Below, in pieces: positions 47,704 through 58,361 of a stretch of 64,000 nt of DNA. The stretch lies in sequence record MH550421; one strand, 5' to 3'. Each line of letters opens with the position of its first letter. Position 1 is the first letter of the stretch. Below the pieces are notes generated by a model. That model saw only the letters and a program-made list of their open reading frames with translations. It was not told the origin of the DNA and ran no database searches. The position numbers and the translations under genes are program-made. The stretch comes from Enterobacteria phage T6.

Positions 47704-47877
47704 ACACTATAGCAAAAGTTGCGTTTCATTTAATTGTTCTTCCGAACTTTCTGAAACTGGTAGTTCTTTAATGTAATTATAGCAAGGCCCAGGATGTACA
47801 GGACCTTTGTCTGTTTCAACAACCAATGCAGAATCGATTGGAGTTTTACAGACAACACAAATCTTATCTGACATGAT
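47704..47877 (-). CDS. small Cys-containing protein (58 aa), uvsY.-2 position
   Basis: Minus ORF MSDKICVVCKTPIDS... with GAGGAG RBS; below the 60-aa track cutoff; late promoter upstream. Confidence 0.5.
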
Positions 47878-47899
47878 TGTCTCCTCTGAATTATATATC

Positions 47900-47907
47900 T
47901 ATTTATA
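47900..47907 (-). promoter_or_regulatory. late promoter TATAAATA (minus)
   Basis: Plus TATTTATA about 23 nt upstream of the 58-aa ORF start. Confidence 0.45.
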
Positions 47908-48127
47908 CAACTCTCATATGCATATCAATGCCCATATCTTTAGAATAAAAATATTCATCAAGATATCCGGCAAATTTTCCTTTAATATAAAGGACATCTT
48001 CACCACACGGGTGGTCGGCCAGGATACGAATATCCTGACGCTTAAGATTATGCTTTTTCATTAAGAATTGAATTTCCGTTTCAAATTCTTCTTCATAATT
48101 AAAAGCATCATCAATACTATATTTCAT
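47903..48127 (-). CDS. uvsY.-1: hypothetical protein (uvsY.-1 position)
   Basis: 74 aa; stop-start overlap with uvsY. Confidence 0.7.
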   Translation of the reverse strand: MKYSIDDAFNYEEEFETEIQFLMKKHNLKRQDIRILADHPCGEDVLYIKGKFAGYLDEYFYSKDMGIDMHMRVV

Positions 48128-48540
48128 TATTTTCCAGCCTCAAATGCCCGCATGTCTTGAATATGCTTAATAGCAAATCCACGTGATTTAATAGCATCAA
48201 GAGCTCCGCTACAGAAATCTAATAAAATCCCCCAATACTGTAACGAGGTATCAACCTTTAAAACATCCTTATCAGCTGATAGAACTGTCTTCATTTCTGA
48301 TTTCTCGTAACGATCCATACTAAATTCATCACCATCTCCTCGTCCCGAGTAGTAGTCTAATTTAGCTTTAAGAGCAACTTTTTTCTGTGCGTCAATTCTA
48401 AGCATTTCCTTTTTAATACTTGAATGCTTATTAAGCCATTTACTATATAACATCACATTATTAGCTGCTTCATACTGTAATTTAGTCGAATCTATAAACA
48501 CATCTTTCTTCAATTCTTCTTGAAGATCTTCTAATCTCAT
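48127..48540 (-). CDS. uvsY: UvsY recombination mediator
   Basis: 137 aa starting MRLEDLQEELKKDVFIDSTKLQYEAANNVMLYSKWLNK. Confidence 0.9.
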   Translation of the reverse strand: MRLEDLQEELKKDVFIDSTKLQYEAANNVMLYSKWLNKHSSIKKEMLRIDAQKKVALKAKLDYYSGRGDGDEFSMDRYEKSEMKTVLSADKDVLKVDTSLQYWGILLDFCSGALDAIKSRGFAIKHIQDMRAFEAGK

Positions 48541-48606
48541 ATTGTTCTCTATTCAATTGTTATTGGATGGACTTAGATTCATTATACCACGTTTTAACGT
48601 GAAGCA

Positions 48607-49005
48607 TTATACTCTATTACTGGAAGCCAGTTGCAGTTTTATCTGCTCAATATCATCGGGATTATCGATGACCGAAAAGCGTATTTCTACTATCAGAGTA
48701 TAATCATCATAAACGGGTATTACATTAACTGCTAATTTATCAATACGTGGCTCGTAGTTTCTTACTGCGCTTTCAATGTTACGCTCAACAGTATCAGCAG
48801 TAAGAGGAGTCATATTCTCAAAAAGTTGGTCAGATAAATCGCATCCAAATTCTGGGTCAAACGGCCTTGACCCTTTCCTGGTTGTAATAATTCCCAAAAG
48901 ACTGTTTTTAATTGACCTTAATCCAAGTGATCTGGAAACATCTTTGTTCCAATCCATTTTCATTTCCGGGTCAATGTCAGAATAAAGCTTATTAATATTT
49001 GCCAT
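48607..49005 (-). CDS. 25: gp25 baseplate wedge protein (lysozyme-fold)
   Basis: 132 aa; synteny uvsY-25-26. Confidence 0.9.
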   Translation of the reverse strand: MANINKLYSDIDPEMKMDWNKDVSRSLGLRSIKNSLLGIITTRKGSRPFDPEFGCDLSDQLFENMTPLTADTVERNIESAVRNYEPRIDKLAVNVIPVYDDYTLIVEIRFSVIDNPDDIEQIKLQLASSNRV

Positions 49006-49631
49006 TACAATAGCTCAAAGAATTCTTTGAGTCCTCTTATTACATGAGCGTGAGTTTTTCCACACTCTGGACACTTAATTGGAACAGCCAAATAAACAGT
49101 AGGCTTTAAAAGCATATCTTTTATAGCTACAATATCTGACTCTGTGATGATAGAGTATAAATCTTCCAATTCTTTTTCATTTAAGTCTTCAATTGGAATG
49201 CTTTCACCGTTAGCATGAATCGTTTCTATACATGATACTATCATGTGGGCTATATTTTTATCATCAAAAATTTTAGGGTAATGGAACTTAATTTTAATGT
49301 CACCCAGTGTATACCAGAGGTCTTCTGGTGCATCTATTTGTGTATGTAATAGATTTATATGGGTTGGTATTTCAGTTCCACAGGTGCACTTCCAGGAGTT
49401 TTCGTGATTAACTTCTCCAAGAGAATGCGCCCATAAATGAATCAACAGTAGTTCTGATTCTTGGCGGTTTAAATCTTTTGCATTTGTACAGTCTTTGATT
49501 AGCTTTTTAACGATCTCTTCTACTGAACCGTTCTTTTTAGCAGTAATAAGTTCTAGATATTCTTTAAGAGTAAATGCGCGGCAGTTGATTATTTTAGAAC
49601 CAACTCTCACATCAAATTTGTATTCATACAT
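49005..49631 (-). CDS. 26: gp26 baseplate hub subunit
   Basis: 208 aa; Cys/His-containing; synteny. Confidence 0.85.
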   Translation of the reverse strand: MYEYKFDVRVGSKIINCRAFTLKEYLELITAKKNGSVEEIVKKLIKDCTNAKDLNRQESELLLIHLWAHSLGEVNHENSWKCTCGTEIPTHINLLHTQIDAPEDLWYTLGDIKIKFHYPKIFDDKNIAHMIVSCIETIHANGESIPIEDLNEKELEDLYSIITESDIVAIKDMLLKPTVYLAVPIKCPECGKTHAHVIRGLKEFFELL

Positions 49632-49652
49632 ATTTAGCTCCTTTATTTATCA

Positions 49653-49660
49653 TATTTATA
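49653..49660 (-). promoter_or_regulatory. late promoter TATAAATA (gene 26), divergent
   Basis: Plus TATTTATA about 22 nt upstream of gene 26 start. Confidence 0.5.
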
Positions 49661-49664
49661 AATA
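49657..49664 (+). promoter_or_regulatory. late promoter TATAAATA (gene 51)
   Basis: Exact TATAAATA 18 nt upstream of gene 51 ATG, overlapping the minus-strand promoter. Confidence 0.55.
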
Positions 49665-49681
49665 GAATAAAAGGAGCATCT

Positions 49682-50431
49682 ATGGCAAACATTATTCGTT
49701 GTAAATTACCAGATGGTGTTCATCGTTTTAAACCATTTACGGTAGAAGATTATCGAGATTTTTTGTTAGTTCGAAACGATATAGAACATCGGTCACCACA
49801 AGAACAAAAAGAAATAATTGCTGATTTAATTGCCGATTATTTTGGAGACTATCCGAAGACTTGGCAACCATTTATATTTTTGCAGGTATTTGTAGGGTCA
49901 ATAGGTAAAACTAAAGTACCTGTCACATTTGTATGTCCAAAATGTAAAAAAGAAAAGACAGTTCCATTTGAAATATATCAAAAAGAATTAAAGGAACCTG
50001 TTTTTGATGTAGCTAATGTTAAAATTAAATTAAAGTTTCCTTCTGAGTTTTATGAAAATAAAGCAAAGATGATTACTGAAAATATTCATTCTGTTCAAGT
50101 AGATGAAATATGGTATGATTGGAAGGAAATTAGTGAATCAAGCCAAATAGAACTTGTTGATGCCATCGAGATAGAAACATTAGAAAAAATTCTCGATGCA
50201 ATGAATCCTATTAATTTAACATTGCATATGTCATGTTGTAATAAGTATGTAAAAAAATACACTGATATAGTAGATGTGTTTAAGCTATTAGTTAACCCAG
50301 ATGAAATATTTACTTTTTATCAAATCAATCACACGCTCGTAAAAAGTAATTATAGCTTAAATTCAATAATGAAAATGATTCCTGCTGAGCGCGGATTCGT
50401 ATTAAAACTGATTGAGAAGGATAAACAATAA
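49682..50431 (+). CDS. 51: gp51 baseplate hub assembly catalyst
   Basis: 249 aa; synteny 26-51-27. Confidence 0.85.
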   Translation: MANIIRCKLPDGVHRFKPFTVEDYRDFLLVRNDIEHRSPQEQKEIIADLIADYFGDYPKTWQPFIFLQVFVGSIGKTKVPVTFVCPKCKKEKTVPFEIYQKELKEPVFDVANVKIKLKFPSEFYENKAKMITENIHSVQVDEIWYDWKEISESSQIELVDAIEIETLEKILDAMNPINLTLHMSCCNKYVKKYTDIVDVFKLLVNPDEIFTFYQINHTLVKSNYSLNSIMKMIPAERGFVLKLIEKDKQ

Positions 50432-51603
50432 TGAGTATGTTGCAACGCCCAGGATATCCAAATCTCAGCGTTAAATTATTTGATAGCTACGACGCTTGGA
50501 GTAATAATAGATTTGTTGAATTAGCTGCTACTATTACCACATTAACTATGCGGGATTCTCTTTATGGCCGAAATGAAGGAATGCTGCAGTTTTATGATTC
50601 TAAAAATATCCATACAAAAATGGATGGAAATGAAATAATTCAGATTTCTGTAGCTAACGCAAACGATATTAATAATGTTAAAACACGAATTTATGGATGT
50701 AAGCATTTTTCCGTGTCAGTAGATTCAAAGGGTGATAACATCATTGCTATTGAATTGGGAACTATTCATTCTATAGAAAATCTTAAATTTGGCAGACCAT
50801 TTTTCCCTGATGCAGGTGAATCTATAAAAGAAATGCTTGGTGTCATTTATCAAGATCGCACATTATTAACTCCAGCAATAAATGCTATAAATGCTTATGT
50901 TCCTGATATTCCATGGACTAGCACATTTGAAAACTATTTGTCATATGTAAGAGAAGTTGCTCTAGCTGTAGGAAGTGACAAATTTGTATTTGTATGGCAA
51001 GACATCATGGGAGTTAACATGATGGACTATGATATGATGATAAATCAAGAACCATATCCAATGATTGTCGGTGAGCCATCTTTAATAGGTCAATTTGTCC
51101 AAGAATTAAAATATCCATTAGCATATGATTTCGTTTGGTTGACTAAATCGAATCCTCACAAACGTGACCCAATGAAAAACGCTACTATCTATGCTCATTC
51201 ATTTTTAGATTCTTCATTGCCAATGATTACTACAGGAAAGGGTGAAAACTCTATTGTAGTGTCAAGGTCAGGTGCTTATTCTGAAATGACTTATAGGAAT
51301 GGATATGAAGAAGCTATTCGTCTTCAAACTATGGCACAATATGACGGTTATGCTAAATGTTCTACTGTCGGTAATTTTAACTTGACTCCTGGTGTTAAAA
51401 TTATTTTTAATGATAGTAAAAACCAATTTAAAACAGAATTTTACGTTGATGAAGTTATCCATGAATTATCCAATAATAATTCAGTAACTCATCTATATAT
51501 GTTCACTAATGCAACGAAACTGGAAACAATAGACCCAGTTAAGGTTAAAAATGAATTTAAATCTGATACTACCACTGAAGAAAGTAGTTCTTCCAATAAG
51601 TAA
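50431..51603 (+). CDS. 27: gp27 baseplate hub subunit
   Basis: 390 aa; synteny. Confidence 0.9.
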   Translation: MSMLQRPGYPNLSVKLFDSYDAWSNNRFVELAATITTLTMRDSLYGRNEGMLQFYDSKNIHTKMDGNEIIQISVANANDINNVKTRIYGCKHFSVSVDSKGDNIIAIELGTIHSIENLKFGRPFFPDAGESIKEMLGVIYQDRTLLTPAINAINAYVPDIPWTSTFENYLSYVREVALAVGSDKFVFVWQDIMGVNMMDYDMMINQEPYPMIVGEPSLIGQFVQELKYPLAYDFVWLTKSNPHKRDPMKNATIYAHSFLDSSLPMITTGKGENSIVVSRSGAYSEMTYRNGYEEAIRLQTMAQYDGYAKCSTVGNFNLTPGVKIIFNDSKNQFKTEFYVDEVIHELSNNNSVTHLYMFTNATKLETIDPVKVKNEFKSDTTTEESSSSNK

Positions 51604-52084
51604 TAAAGAAGTTTCTATTCCTAAAATGGGTCTTAAACATTATAACATTTTAAAAGATGTTAAAGGTCCTGATGAAAATTTAAAACTTCTTATTGATTCT
51701 ATTTGTCCGAATTTATCACCGGCAGAAGTTGATTTCGTTTCTATTCATTTATTGGAATTTAATGGAAAGATTAAATCTCGTAAAGAAATAGATGGCTATA
51801 CTTATGACATTAATGATGTTTATGTGTGCCAAAGATTAGAATTTCAATACCAAGGAAATACATTTTATTTTAGACCTCCTGGAAAATTTGAACAATTTTT
51901 AACGGTGAGCGATATGTTATCTAAATGCTTGCTTAAGGTCAACGATGAAGTTAAAGAAATTAATTTTCTTGAGATGCCAGCATTCGTTTTAAAATGGGCA
52001 AATGATATTTTTACAACTTTAGCAATTCCTGGCCCTAATGGTCCAATAACTGGAATTGGCAATATTATTGGATTATTTGAATGA
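51551..52084 (+). CDS. 28: gp28 baseplate hub distal subunit
   Basis: 177 aa; overlaps 3' end of gene 27. Confidence 0.8.
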   Translation: MNLNLILPLKKVVLPISNKEVSIPKMGLKHYNILKDVKGPDENLKLLIDSICPNLSPAEVDFVSIHLLEFNGKIKSRKEIDGYTYDINDVYVCQRLEFQYQGNTFYFRPPGKFEQFLTVSDMLSKCLLKVNDEVKEINFLEMPAFVLKWANDIFTTLAIPGPNGPITGIGNIIGLFE

Positions 52085-53853
52085 AAAAGCCACAAGAAAT
52101 GCAAACGATGCGTAGAAAAGTTATTTCAGATAATAAACCAACACAGGAAGCGGCTAAATCCGCTTCTAACACTTTATCTGGACTTAACGATATATCTACG
52201 AAATTGGATGATGCTCAAGCTGCTTCTGAATTAATAGCTCAAACTGTCGAAGAAAAATCGAATGAAATAGTTGGAGCAATTGGTAACGTAGAAAGCGCAG
52301 TGAGTGATACTACTGCCGGTTCTGAGTTAATTGCTGAAACTGTCGAAATTGGCAACAATATTAATAAAGAAATTGGTGAATCACTCGGAAGCAAATTAGA
52401 TAAATTAACAAGTTTACTAGAGCAAAAAATTCAGACAGCTGGAATTCAACAGACTGGAACTAGTTTAGCCACAGTTGAAAGCGCTATTCCTGTTAAAGTC
52501 GTTGAGGATGATACTGCTGAATCTGTGGGTCCTTTATTACCGACTCCTGAAGCAGTTAATAATGATCCTGACGCTGATTTTTTCCCTACCCCTCAGCCAG
52601 TTGAGCCAAAGCAAGAATCACCAGAAGAAAAACAGAAAAAAGAAGCATTTAACTTAAAATTATCTCAAGCTTTAGATAAATTAACAAAGACAGTTGATTT
52701 TGGATTTAAGAAATCCATTTCAATTAGTGATAAAATATCAAGCATGTTATTTAAGTACACCATCAGTGCTGCTATTGAAGCTGCTAAAATGACTGCAATG
52801 ATATTGGCTGTTGTTGTTGGAATAGATCTGCTGATGGTTCATTTTAAATACTGGTCAGATAAATTTTCAAAAGCCTGGGATTTGTTTAATACTGACTTTA
52901 CTAAATTCTCTAGCGAAACCGGAACATGGGGTCCTTTATTGCAGAGCATCTTTGATTCTATTGATAAAATTAAACAACTTTGGGAAGCGGGAGATTGGGG
53001 TGGATTGACAGCAGCTATTGTTGAAGGACTCGGAAGTGTTCTTTTTAATTTAGGTGAACTTATTCAATTAGGTATGGCTAAATTATCTGCAGCAATTCTT
53101 CGAGTCATTCCTGGTATGAAGGATACTGCTGATGAAGTAGAAGGAAGAGCATTAGAAAATTTCCAAAATTCTACTGGAGCATCTCTCAATAAAGAAGACC
53201 AGGAAAAAGTTGCAAATTATCAAGATAAACGAATGAATGGAGACCTTGGTCCGATAGCAAAAGGATTAGATAAAATTGCTAATTGGAAAACTCGTGCATC
53301 TAATTGGATTCGTGGGGTTGATAATAAAGAAGCACTAACTACCGACGAAGAACGTGCAGCAGAAGAAGAAAAATTAAAGCAGCTTTCACCTGAAGAAAGA
53401 AAAAATGCTTTAATGAAGGCTAATGAAGCCCGTGCCGCAATGATTCGCTTTGAAAAATATGCTGATTCAGCTGATATGAGTAAAGACTCAACGGTTAAAT
53501 CAGTTGAAGCTGCCTATGAAGACCTTAAAAAACGGATGGATGACCCGGATTTAAATAATTCACCGGCAGTTAAAAAAGAACTTGCTGCTAGATTTTCTAA
53601 AATTGATGCTACTTATCAAGAGCTCAAGAAAAATCAGCCTAATGCCAAACCTGAAACTTCTGCTAAATCACCAGAAGCAAAACAAGTCCAGGTAATAGAA
53701 AAGAATAAAGCACAGCAAGCTCCTGTTCAACAAGCATCTCCTTCGATCAATAATACTAATAATGTTATTAAGAAAAATACTGTCGTTCATAATATGACAC
53801 CCGTAACGAGCACGACTGCTCCTGGTGTATTTGATGCGACTGGAGTTAATTAA
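52081..53853 (+). CDS. 29: gp29 baseplate hub / tail length determinator
   Basis: 590 aa; long helical regions and a hydrophobic segment. Confidence 0.9.
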   Translation: MKKPQEMQTMRRKVISDNKPTQEAAKSASNTLSGLNDISTKLDDAQAASELIAQTVEEKSNEIVGAIGNVESAVSDTTAGSELIAETVEIGNNINKEIGESLGSKLDKLTSLLEQKIQTAGIQQTGTSLATVESAIPVKVVEDDTAESVGPLLPTPEAVNNDPDADFFPTPQPVEPKQESPEEKQKKEAFNLKLSQALDKLTKTVDFGFKKSISISDKISSMLFKYTISAAIEAAKMTAMILAVVVGIDLLMVHFKYWSDKFSKAWDLFNTDFTKFSSETGTWGPLLQSIFDSIDKIKQLWEAGDWGGLTAAIVEGLGSVLFNLGELIQLGMAKLSAAILRVIPGMKDTADEVEGRALENFQNSTGASLNKEDQEKVANYQDKRMNGDLGPIAKGLDKIANWKTRASNWIRGVDNKEALTTDEERAAEEEKLKQLSPEERKNALMKANEARAAMIRFEKYADSADMSKDSTVKSVEAAYEDLKKRMDDPDLNNSPAVKKELAARFSKIDATYQELKKNQPNAKPETSAKSPEAKQVQVIEKNKAQQAPVQQASPSINNTNNVIKKNTVVHNMTPVTSTTAPGVFDATGVN

Positions 53854-53861
53854 GGAATAAT

Positions 53862-54956
53862 ATGGCAATTGTTAAAGAAATAACTGCTGATTTAATTAAA
53901 AAGTCCGGCGAGAAAATTTCAGCCGGACAGAGTACTAAATCAGAAGTAGGAACTAAAACATACACAGCCCAGTTTCCAACTGGGCGTGCTAGTGGTAATG
54001 ACACTACAGGGGACTTCCAGGTAACAGATCTGTATAAGAATGGATTATTATTTACTGCATACAATATGTCATCTAGGGATTCTGGAAGTCTTAGATCGAT
54101 GAGATCTAACTACTCTTCTTCATCTTCGAGTATTTTACGTACAGCCAGAAACACTATTAGTAGTACAGTATCAAAACTATCAAATGGATTAATATCAAAT
54201 AATAATTCAGGAACAATAAGTAAAGCTCCTATCGCAAACATTCTTTTACCGAGATCTAAATCTGATGTTGATACATCATCACACAGATTTAATGATGTTC
54301 AAGAAAGCCTTATCAGTAGAGGCGGAGGTACTGCTACTGGTGTGCTAAGTAATATTGCTTCAACCGCAGTATTTGGGGCGCTGGAAAGTATAACACAAGG
54401 TATAATGGCTGATAATAATGAACAGATTTATACGACAGCCAGAAGTATGTATGGTGGTGCTGAAAATAGAACTAAAGTGTTTACATGGGATTTGACTCCA
54501 CGTTCAACAGAAGATTTAATGGCTATTATTAATATCTATCAATATTTTAACTATTTTTCTTATGGTAAAACGGGTAAATCTCAATATGCTGCTGAAATAA
54601 AGGGGTATTTAGATGATTGGTATCGTTCTACGTTAATTGAACCTTTATCTCCGGAAGACGCAGCTAAAAATAAAACACTATTTGAGAAAATGACATCGAG
54701 TTTAACTAACGTTCTAGTAGTTTCAAACCCGACAGTTTGGATGGTGAAAAACTTTGGCGCAACATCTAAATTTGATGGAAAAACGGAAATATTTGGTCCA
54801 TGTCAAATACAGAGCATTAGATTTGATAAAACACCTAATGGTAACTTTAACGGATTAGCTATTGCTCCAAACCTCCCTAGTACATTTACTCTCGAGATTA
54901 CTATGAGAGAAATTATCACGTTAAACCGTGCTTCTTTATATGCGGGGACTTTTTAA
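53862..54956 (+). CDS. 48: gp48 baseplate tail-tube junction protein
   Basis: 364 aa; synteny 29-48-54. Confidence 0.9.
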   Translation: MAIVKEITADLIKKSGEKISAGQSTKSEVGTKTYTAQFPTGRASGNDTTGDFQVTDLYKNGLLFTAYNMSSRDSGSLRSMRSNYSSSSSSILRTARNTISSTVSKLSNGLISNNNSGTISKAPIANILLPRSKSDVDTSSHRFNDVQESLISRGGGTATGVLSNIASTAVFGALESITQGIMADNNEQIYTTARSMYGGAENRTKVFTWDLTPRSTEDLMAIINIYQYFNYFSYGKTGKSQYAAEIKGYLDDWYRSTLIEPLSPEDAAKNKTLFEKMTSSLTNVLVVSNPTVWMVKNFGATSKFDGKTEIFGPCQIQSIRFDKTPNGNFNGLAIAPNLPSTFTLEITMREIITLNRASLYAGTF

Positions 54957-55921
54957 TGTATTCTTTAGAGGAATTTAATAATCAAGCAATAAACGCAGAT
55001 TTTCAACGTAATAATATGTTTAGCTGCGTTTTTGCAACAACTCCATCAACTAAAAGCTCTTCGTTGATAAGTTCAATTAGCAACTTTTCTTATAATAACT
55101 TGGGCCTAAATTCAGATTGGCTAGGATTAACTCAAGGTGATATTAATCAGGGAATTACCACGCTAATTACAGCTGGCACACAAAAACTGATAAGAAAATC
55201 AGGGGTTAGTAAATATCTTATTGGTGCCATGAGTCAACGTACAGTTCAAAGTTTATTAGGCTCATTTACAGTTGGTACATATTTAATTGACTTCTTTAAC
55301 ATGGCATATAACTCATCTGGATTGATGATATACTCTGTAAAAATGCCAGAGAATAGATTATCCTATGAAACTGACTGGAACTATAATTCTCCTAATATTC
55401 GTATAACTGGAAGAGAATTAGACCCTTTGGTTATTTCATTTAGAATGGATTCAGAAGCTTGTAACTATCGTGCAATGCAAGACTGGGTTAACTCTGTTCA
55501 AGACCCAGTAACTGGATTACGTGCTTTGCCACAAGATGTCGAGGCAGATATTCAGGTTAATCTTCATTCTCGTAATGGATTGCCTCATACTGCGGTGATG
55601 TTCACCGGATGCATTCCAGTGTCAGTGAGCGCTCCTGAGTTATCATATGATGGAGATAACCAAATAACTACATTTGATGTTACTTTTGCGTATAGAGTCA
55701 TGCAGGCTGGAGCAGTTGATAGACAAGCTGCGCTTGAATGGCTTGAATCTGCTGCTATAAATGGTATTCAAAGCGTTCTCGGAAATAGTGGAGGTGTTAC
55801 TGGACTATCTAATTCGCTTTCACGACTTAGTAGACTAGGAGGAACCGCAGGAAGCATTTCAAACATTAATACTATGACAGGAATTGTCAATTCGCAGAGT
55901 AAAATATTAGGAGCAATATAA
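54956..55921 (+). CDS. 54: gp54 baseplate tail-tube initiator
   Basis: 321 aa; synteny. Confidence 0.9.
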   Translation: MYSLEEFNNQAINADFQRNNMFSCVFATTPSTKSSSLISSISNFSYNNLGLNSDWLGLTQGDINQGITTLITAGTQKLIRKSGVSKYLIGAMSQRTVQSLLGSFTVGTYLIDFFNMAYNSSGLMIYSVKMPENRLSYETDWNYNSPNIRITGRELDPLVISFRMDSEACNYRAMQDWVNSVQDPVTGLRALPQDVEADIQVNLHSRNGLPHTAVMFTGCIPVSVSAPELSYDGDNQITTFDVTFAYRVMQAGAVDRQAALEWLESAAINGIQSVLGNSGGVTGLSNSLSRLSRLGGTAGSISNINTMTGIVNSQSKILGAI

Positions 55922-55924
55922 CAA

Positions 55925-55950
55925 TGGGGACCGAAAGGTCCCCATATTTT
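55925..55950. terminator. terminator hairpin between gene 54 and alt.-3
   Basis: UGGGGACC-GAAA-GGUCCCCA followed by AUAUUUUUA. Confidence 0.55.
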
Positions 55951-56240
55951 TATTTACGGAATGAAATGAAAGCAGAAACTGAAGCAACTAAACTGTCTTC
56001 AATATAAACTTCAATTTTTACCGGAGCTTCTGACTCAAATTTACCTGTTACTACACCCTGAAAAATACTTTCAGTTTGTTCTGGCTTTGAAAAATTTTCA
56101 GAAGGAAAAATTCCGAACTTTTTATCTGTTCCAAAAATTTTAATAAATTCATCGTAAACTGCTTCATTAAAAGCATTATCAGCAGGAATAACGCCTTCAA
56201 CTACAAGTTCTTGACCTAAAAAGCGCAAAGAAGATTTCAT
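55950..56240 (-). CDS. alt.-3: hypothetical protein (alt.-3 position)
   Basis: 96 aa ORF downstream of the alt paralogs. Confidence 0.65.
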   Translation of the reverse strand: MKSSLRFLGQELVVEGVIPADNAFNEAVYDEFIKIFGTDKKFGIFPSENFSKPEQTESIFQGVVTGKFESEAPVKIEVYIEDSLVASVSAFISFRK

Positions 56241-56300
56241 TTTGTGTTCCTCATGTTATGTCAGTAAGACTATTATAACACAACATAAGGAACTTGTAAA

Positions 56301-58358
56301 CTACATTTTGAACTTTTTAGACATTCCGTTGATGTTAACCAAAGAAGCTAAGATTTGAGAAACTTCGTTTTCCTCTTCTTTTGATTCTTCTACAAGGAAT
56401 TGATTAAATCCAGTCATTGGACGAACTTCACCAGTTTCCATTAGATGGTCTCCATCATATACTGATTCTTCTAATTGTTCAGAAGGAGGAACGATTGTAC
56501 CTTCGATTAGATACTTGTTATAAGCAGTTTCTTTCATAAAGTACGTACTTACTTTATTAATCTTCAGTAAAATTCCACGCGGTAGAATAACTTCAGCTTC
56601 TGATGGAAATCCTGTTAAATGACCTGGAACGATAACTTTGATTCGCTCAGCTCCTTTAATTACCATACCCACGCTAGTTTCAGCATCTTCATTAGCATAT
56701 GTAGAATGACTACCCATATGCATCAAATCTTCTGCATCAACAGAACCTTCTCCTTCGCCAGAAAATACTTCACCGGAATCATCTAGAGCCATATAGTTTT
56801 TACCATGCTCACCGAAGATATTCGGTTTAAGCGATGTAGATACGAAGTTCTTGAAATAGAACATTTTGTTTTCAATGTTATGACGCAAAGTTTTAAAGGT
56901 AACTTCTTGTCCACGATAAAGCGTAGTTCCTGGAGGAAGAACTGAACCTTTAGCGAATGCAGAATCCAACGTCTCGATGTGCTTAATGGCACGTTCCATA
57001 TATTCTTCACGGGTAGAATCTGGTTTACCCAAAAGGAACGAGTTCATTTCAACATATGAATCTGCACAATAATCTTCAATTACATCAGATTCAGCTTGAG
57101 TTAATCCTTTTGGAGTTACTTCAGTACTTGCATATTCATACGCCTGAGCAGCAGATTCATTAATCAATTTATAAATGCCATTCATTACAAATTGAATAAT
57201 AGCTGTCTTTTCATCTGGCGTGGCTTTAGAACCTTTAACTAAATCATTAATAATTTTCTTAATAACATCAAAGCTATTAGAAATATTAATGTCAGCAAGA
57301 TCGCTTAAAATTTTATCAGTTTTATAATCAAAGAATTCTTTATTCTTTAAATATTCTTGAGAACCTTGATATGTTATATCGCTCTGCAGCTTGATAGATG
57401 GATCACGTAAACGCGCATGGGCCAATGCGATATGATTTCGGAAGTTTTCTAGTTCATAATCGCTAGATTTAAAACGAGAAGCACTCCTCATACCACCGAT
57501 AGCTCCTTTGCCGAAGTTTGAACCAATCTGGATAACGCCAGAGTTCATCGGACCTTCTGCTTTATATACCGGAACTTTAGATTCAAACTCTTGATATTTC
57601 TTGGCAGCGAAGCTATCACCCTGAAGTGAAGCATCAACAGTAGAATATTGAGCTTGTGCTGCTAATCGACGACTAATTTTAGTTTTCTGAATAACAGCTT
57701 GGTCCGTGCGCTTATCATTTTCTAAAGCAATAGAAGCAGCAACAGCGACAGCTTTAGGAACAGCATTACCTGTTTTAACGTCTACATAAACATCACCAAC
57801 CTTTGATTCAACTTTTGTGAATAACTCAGTTGAAATAGGAGGTACACCTGGAATGTCTTCTAAATTGGCATTTTTACGGTAAACCATAATATATGCGTAC
57901 TTTTTATCATAATCCCAGATTTCCTTTAAAAGAACATATCGACCTGCTCCTTTAATACGTACTAAACGGTCAGCAATAACTTGCATTTGACGAGCAGCGC
58001 CATTTGTTTTACTTTTTAGTACGCGGAATAAGCATGCGTCGATTTTATACTGTTTCATTGTTTGAAGAGCAGTATCAAAAACAGCATTAATGACGCCAAT
58101 TGGATTTCCACCCAAGTTTTTAAGCTTGACTAACGATAATTTCTCGTTGACACCTATCATTACGATATGCATCATTTTATCGCCTGGCTTAACGTTTTTA
58201 TTTGTATCACCGCCAGAGGTGTATGTACAAAATCTAAATCCAGGAAGCACACTTTCTTCGCCGGCTTGAATAGCAAAAATTTGTGGTATTTTATGCTTAG
58301 GATTTAAGTTAACAACCGGCGCCGAAGCGCCGTCAAATAATTCTGTAATAAGTTCCAT
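56301..58358 (-). CDS. Alt-family ADP-ribosyltransferase paralog (685 aa)
   Basis: N-terminus MELITELFD and first about 200 aa parallel the neighbouring alt; C-terminal Arg-STS-ExE motifs YRGQEV...FVSTSL...EAEVILPRG. Confidence 0.85.
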   Translation of the reverse strand: MELITELFDGASAPVVNLNPKHKIPQIFAIQAGEESVLPGFRFCTYTSGGDTNKNVKPGDKMMHIVMIGVNEKLSLVKLKNLGGNPIGVINAVFDTALQTMKQYKIDACLFRVLKSKTNGAARQMQVIADRLVRIKGAGRYVLLKEIWDYDKKYAYIMVYRKNANLEDIPGVPPISTELFTKVESKVGDVYVDVKTGNAVPKAVAVAASIALENDKRTDQAVIQKTKISRRLAAQAQYSTVDASLQGDSFAAKKYQEFESKVPVYKAEGPMNSGVIQIGSNFGKGAIGGMRSASRFKSSDYELENFRNHIALAHARLRDPSIKLQSDITYQGSQEYLKNKEFFDYKTDKILSDLADINISNSFDVIKKIINDLVKGSKATPDEKTAIIQFVMNGIYKLINESAAQAYEYASTEVTPKGLTQAESDVIEDYCADSYVEMNSFLLGKPDSTREEYMERAIKHIETLDSAFAKGSVLPPGTTLYRGQEVTFKTLRHNIENKMFYFKNFVSTSLKPNIFGEHGKNYMALDDSGEVFSGEGEGSVDAEDLMHMGSHSTYANEDAETSVGMVIKGAERIKVIVPGHLTGFPSEAEVILPRGILLKINKVSTYFMKETAYNKYLIEGTIVPPSEQLEESVYDGDHLMETGEVRPMTGFNQFLVEESKEEENEVSQILASLVNINGMSKKFKM

Positions 58359-58361
58359 GAT

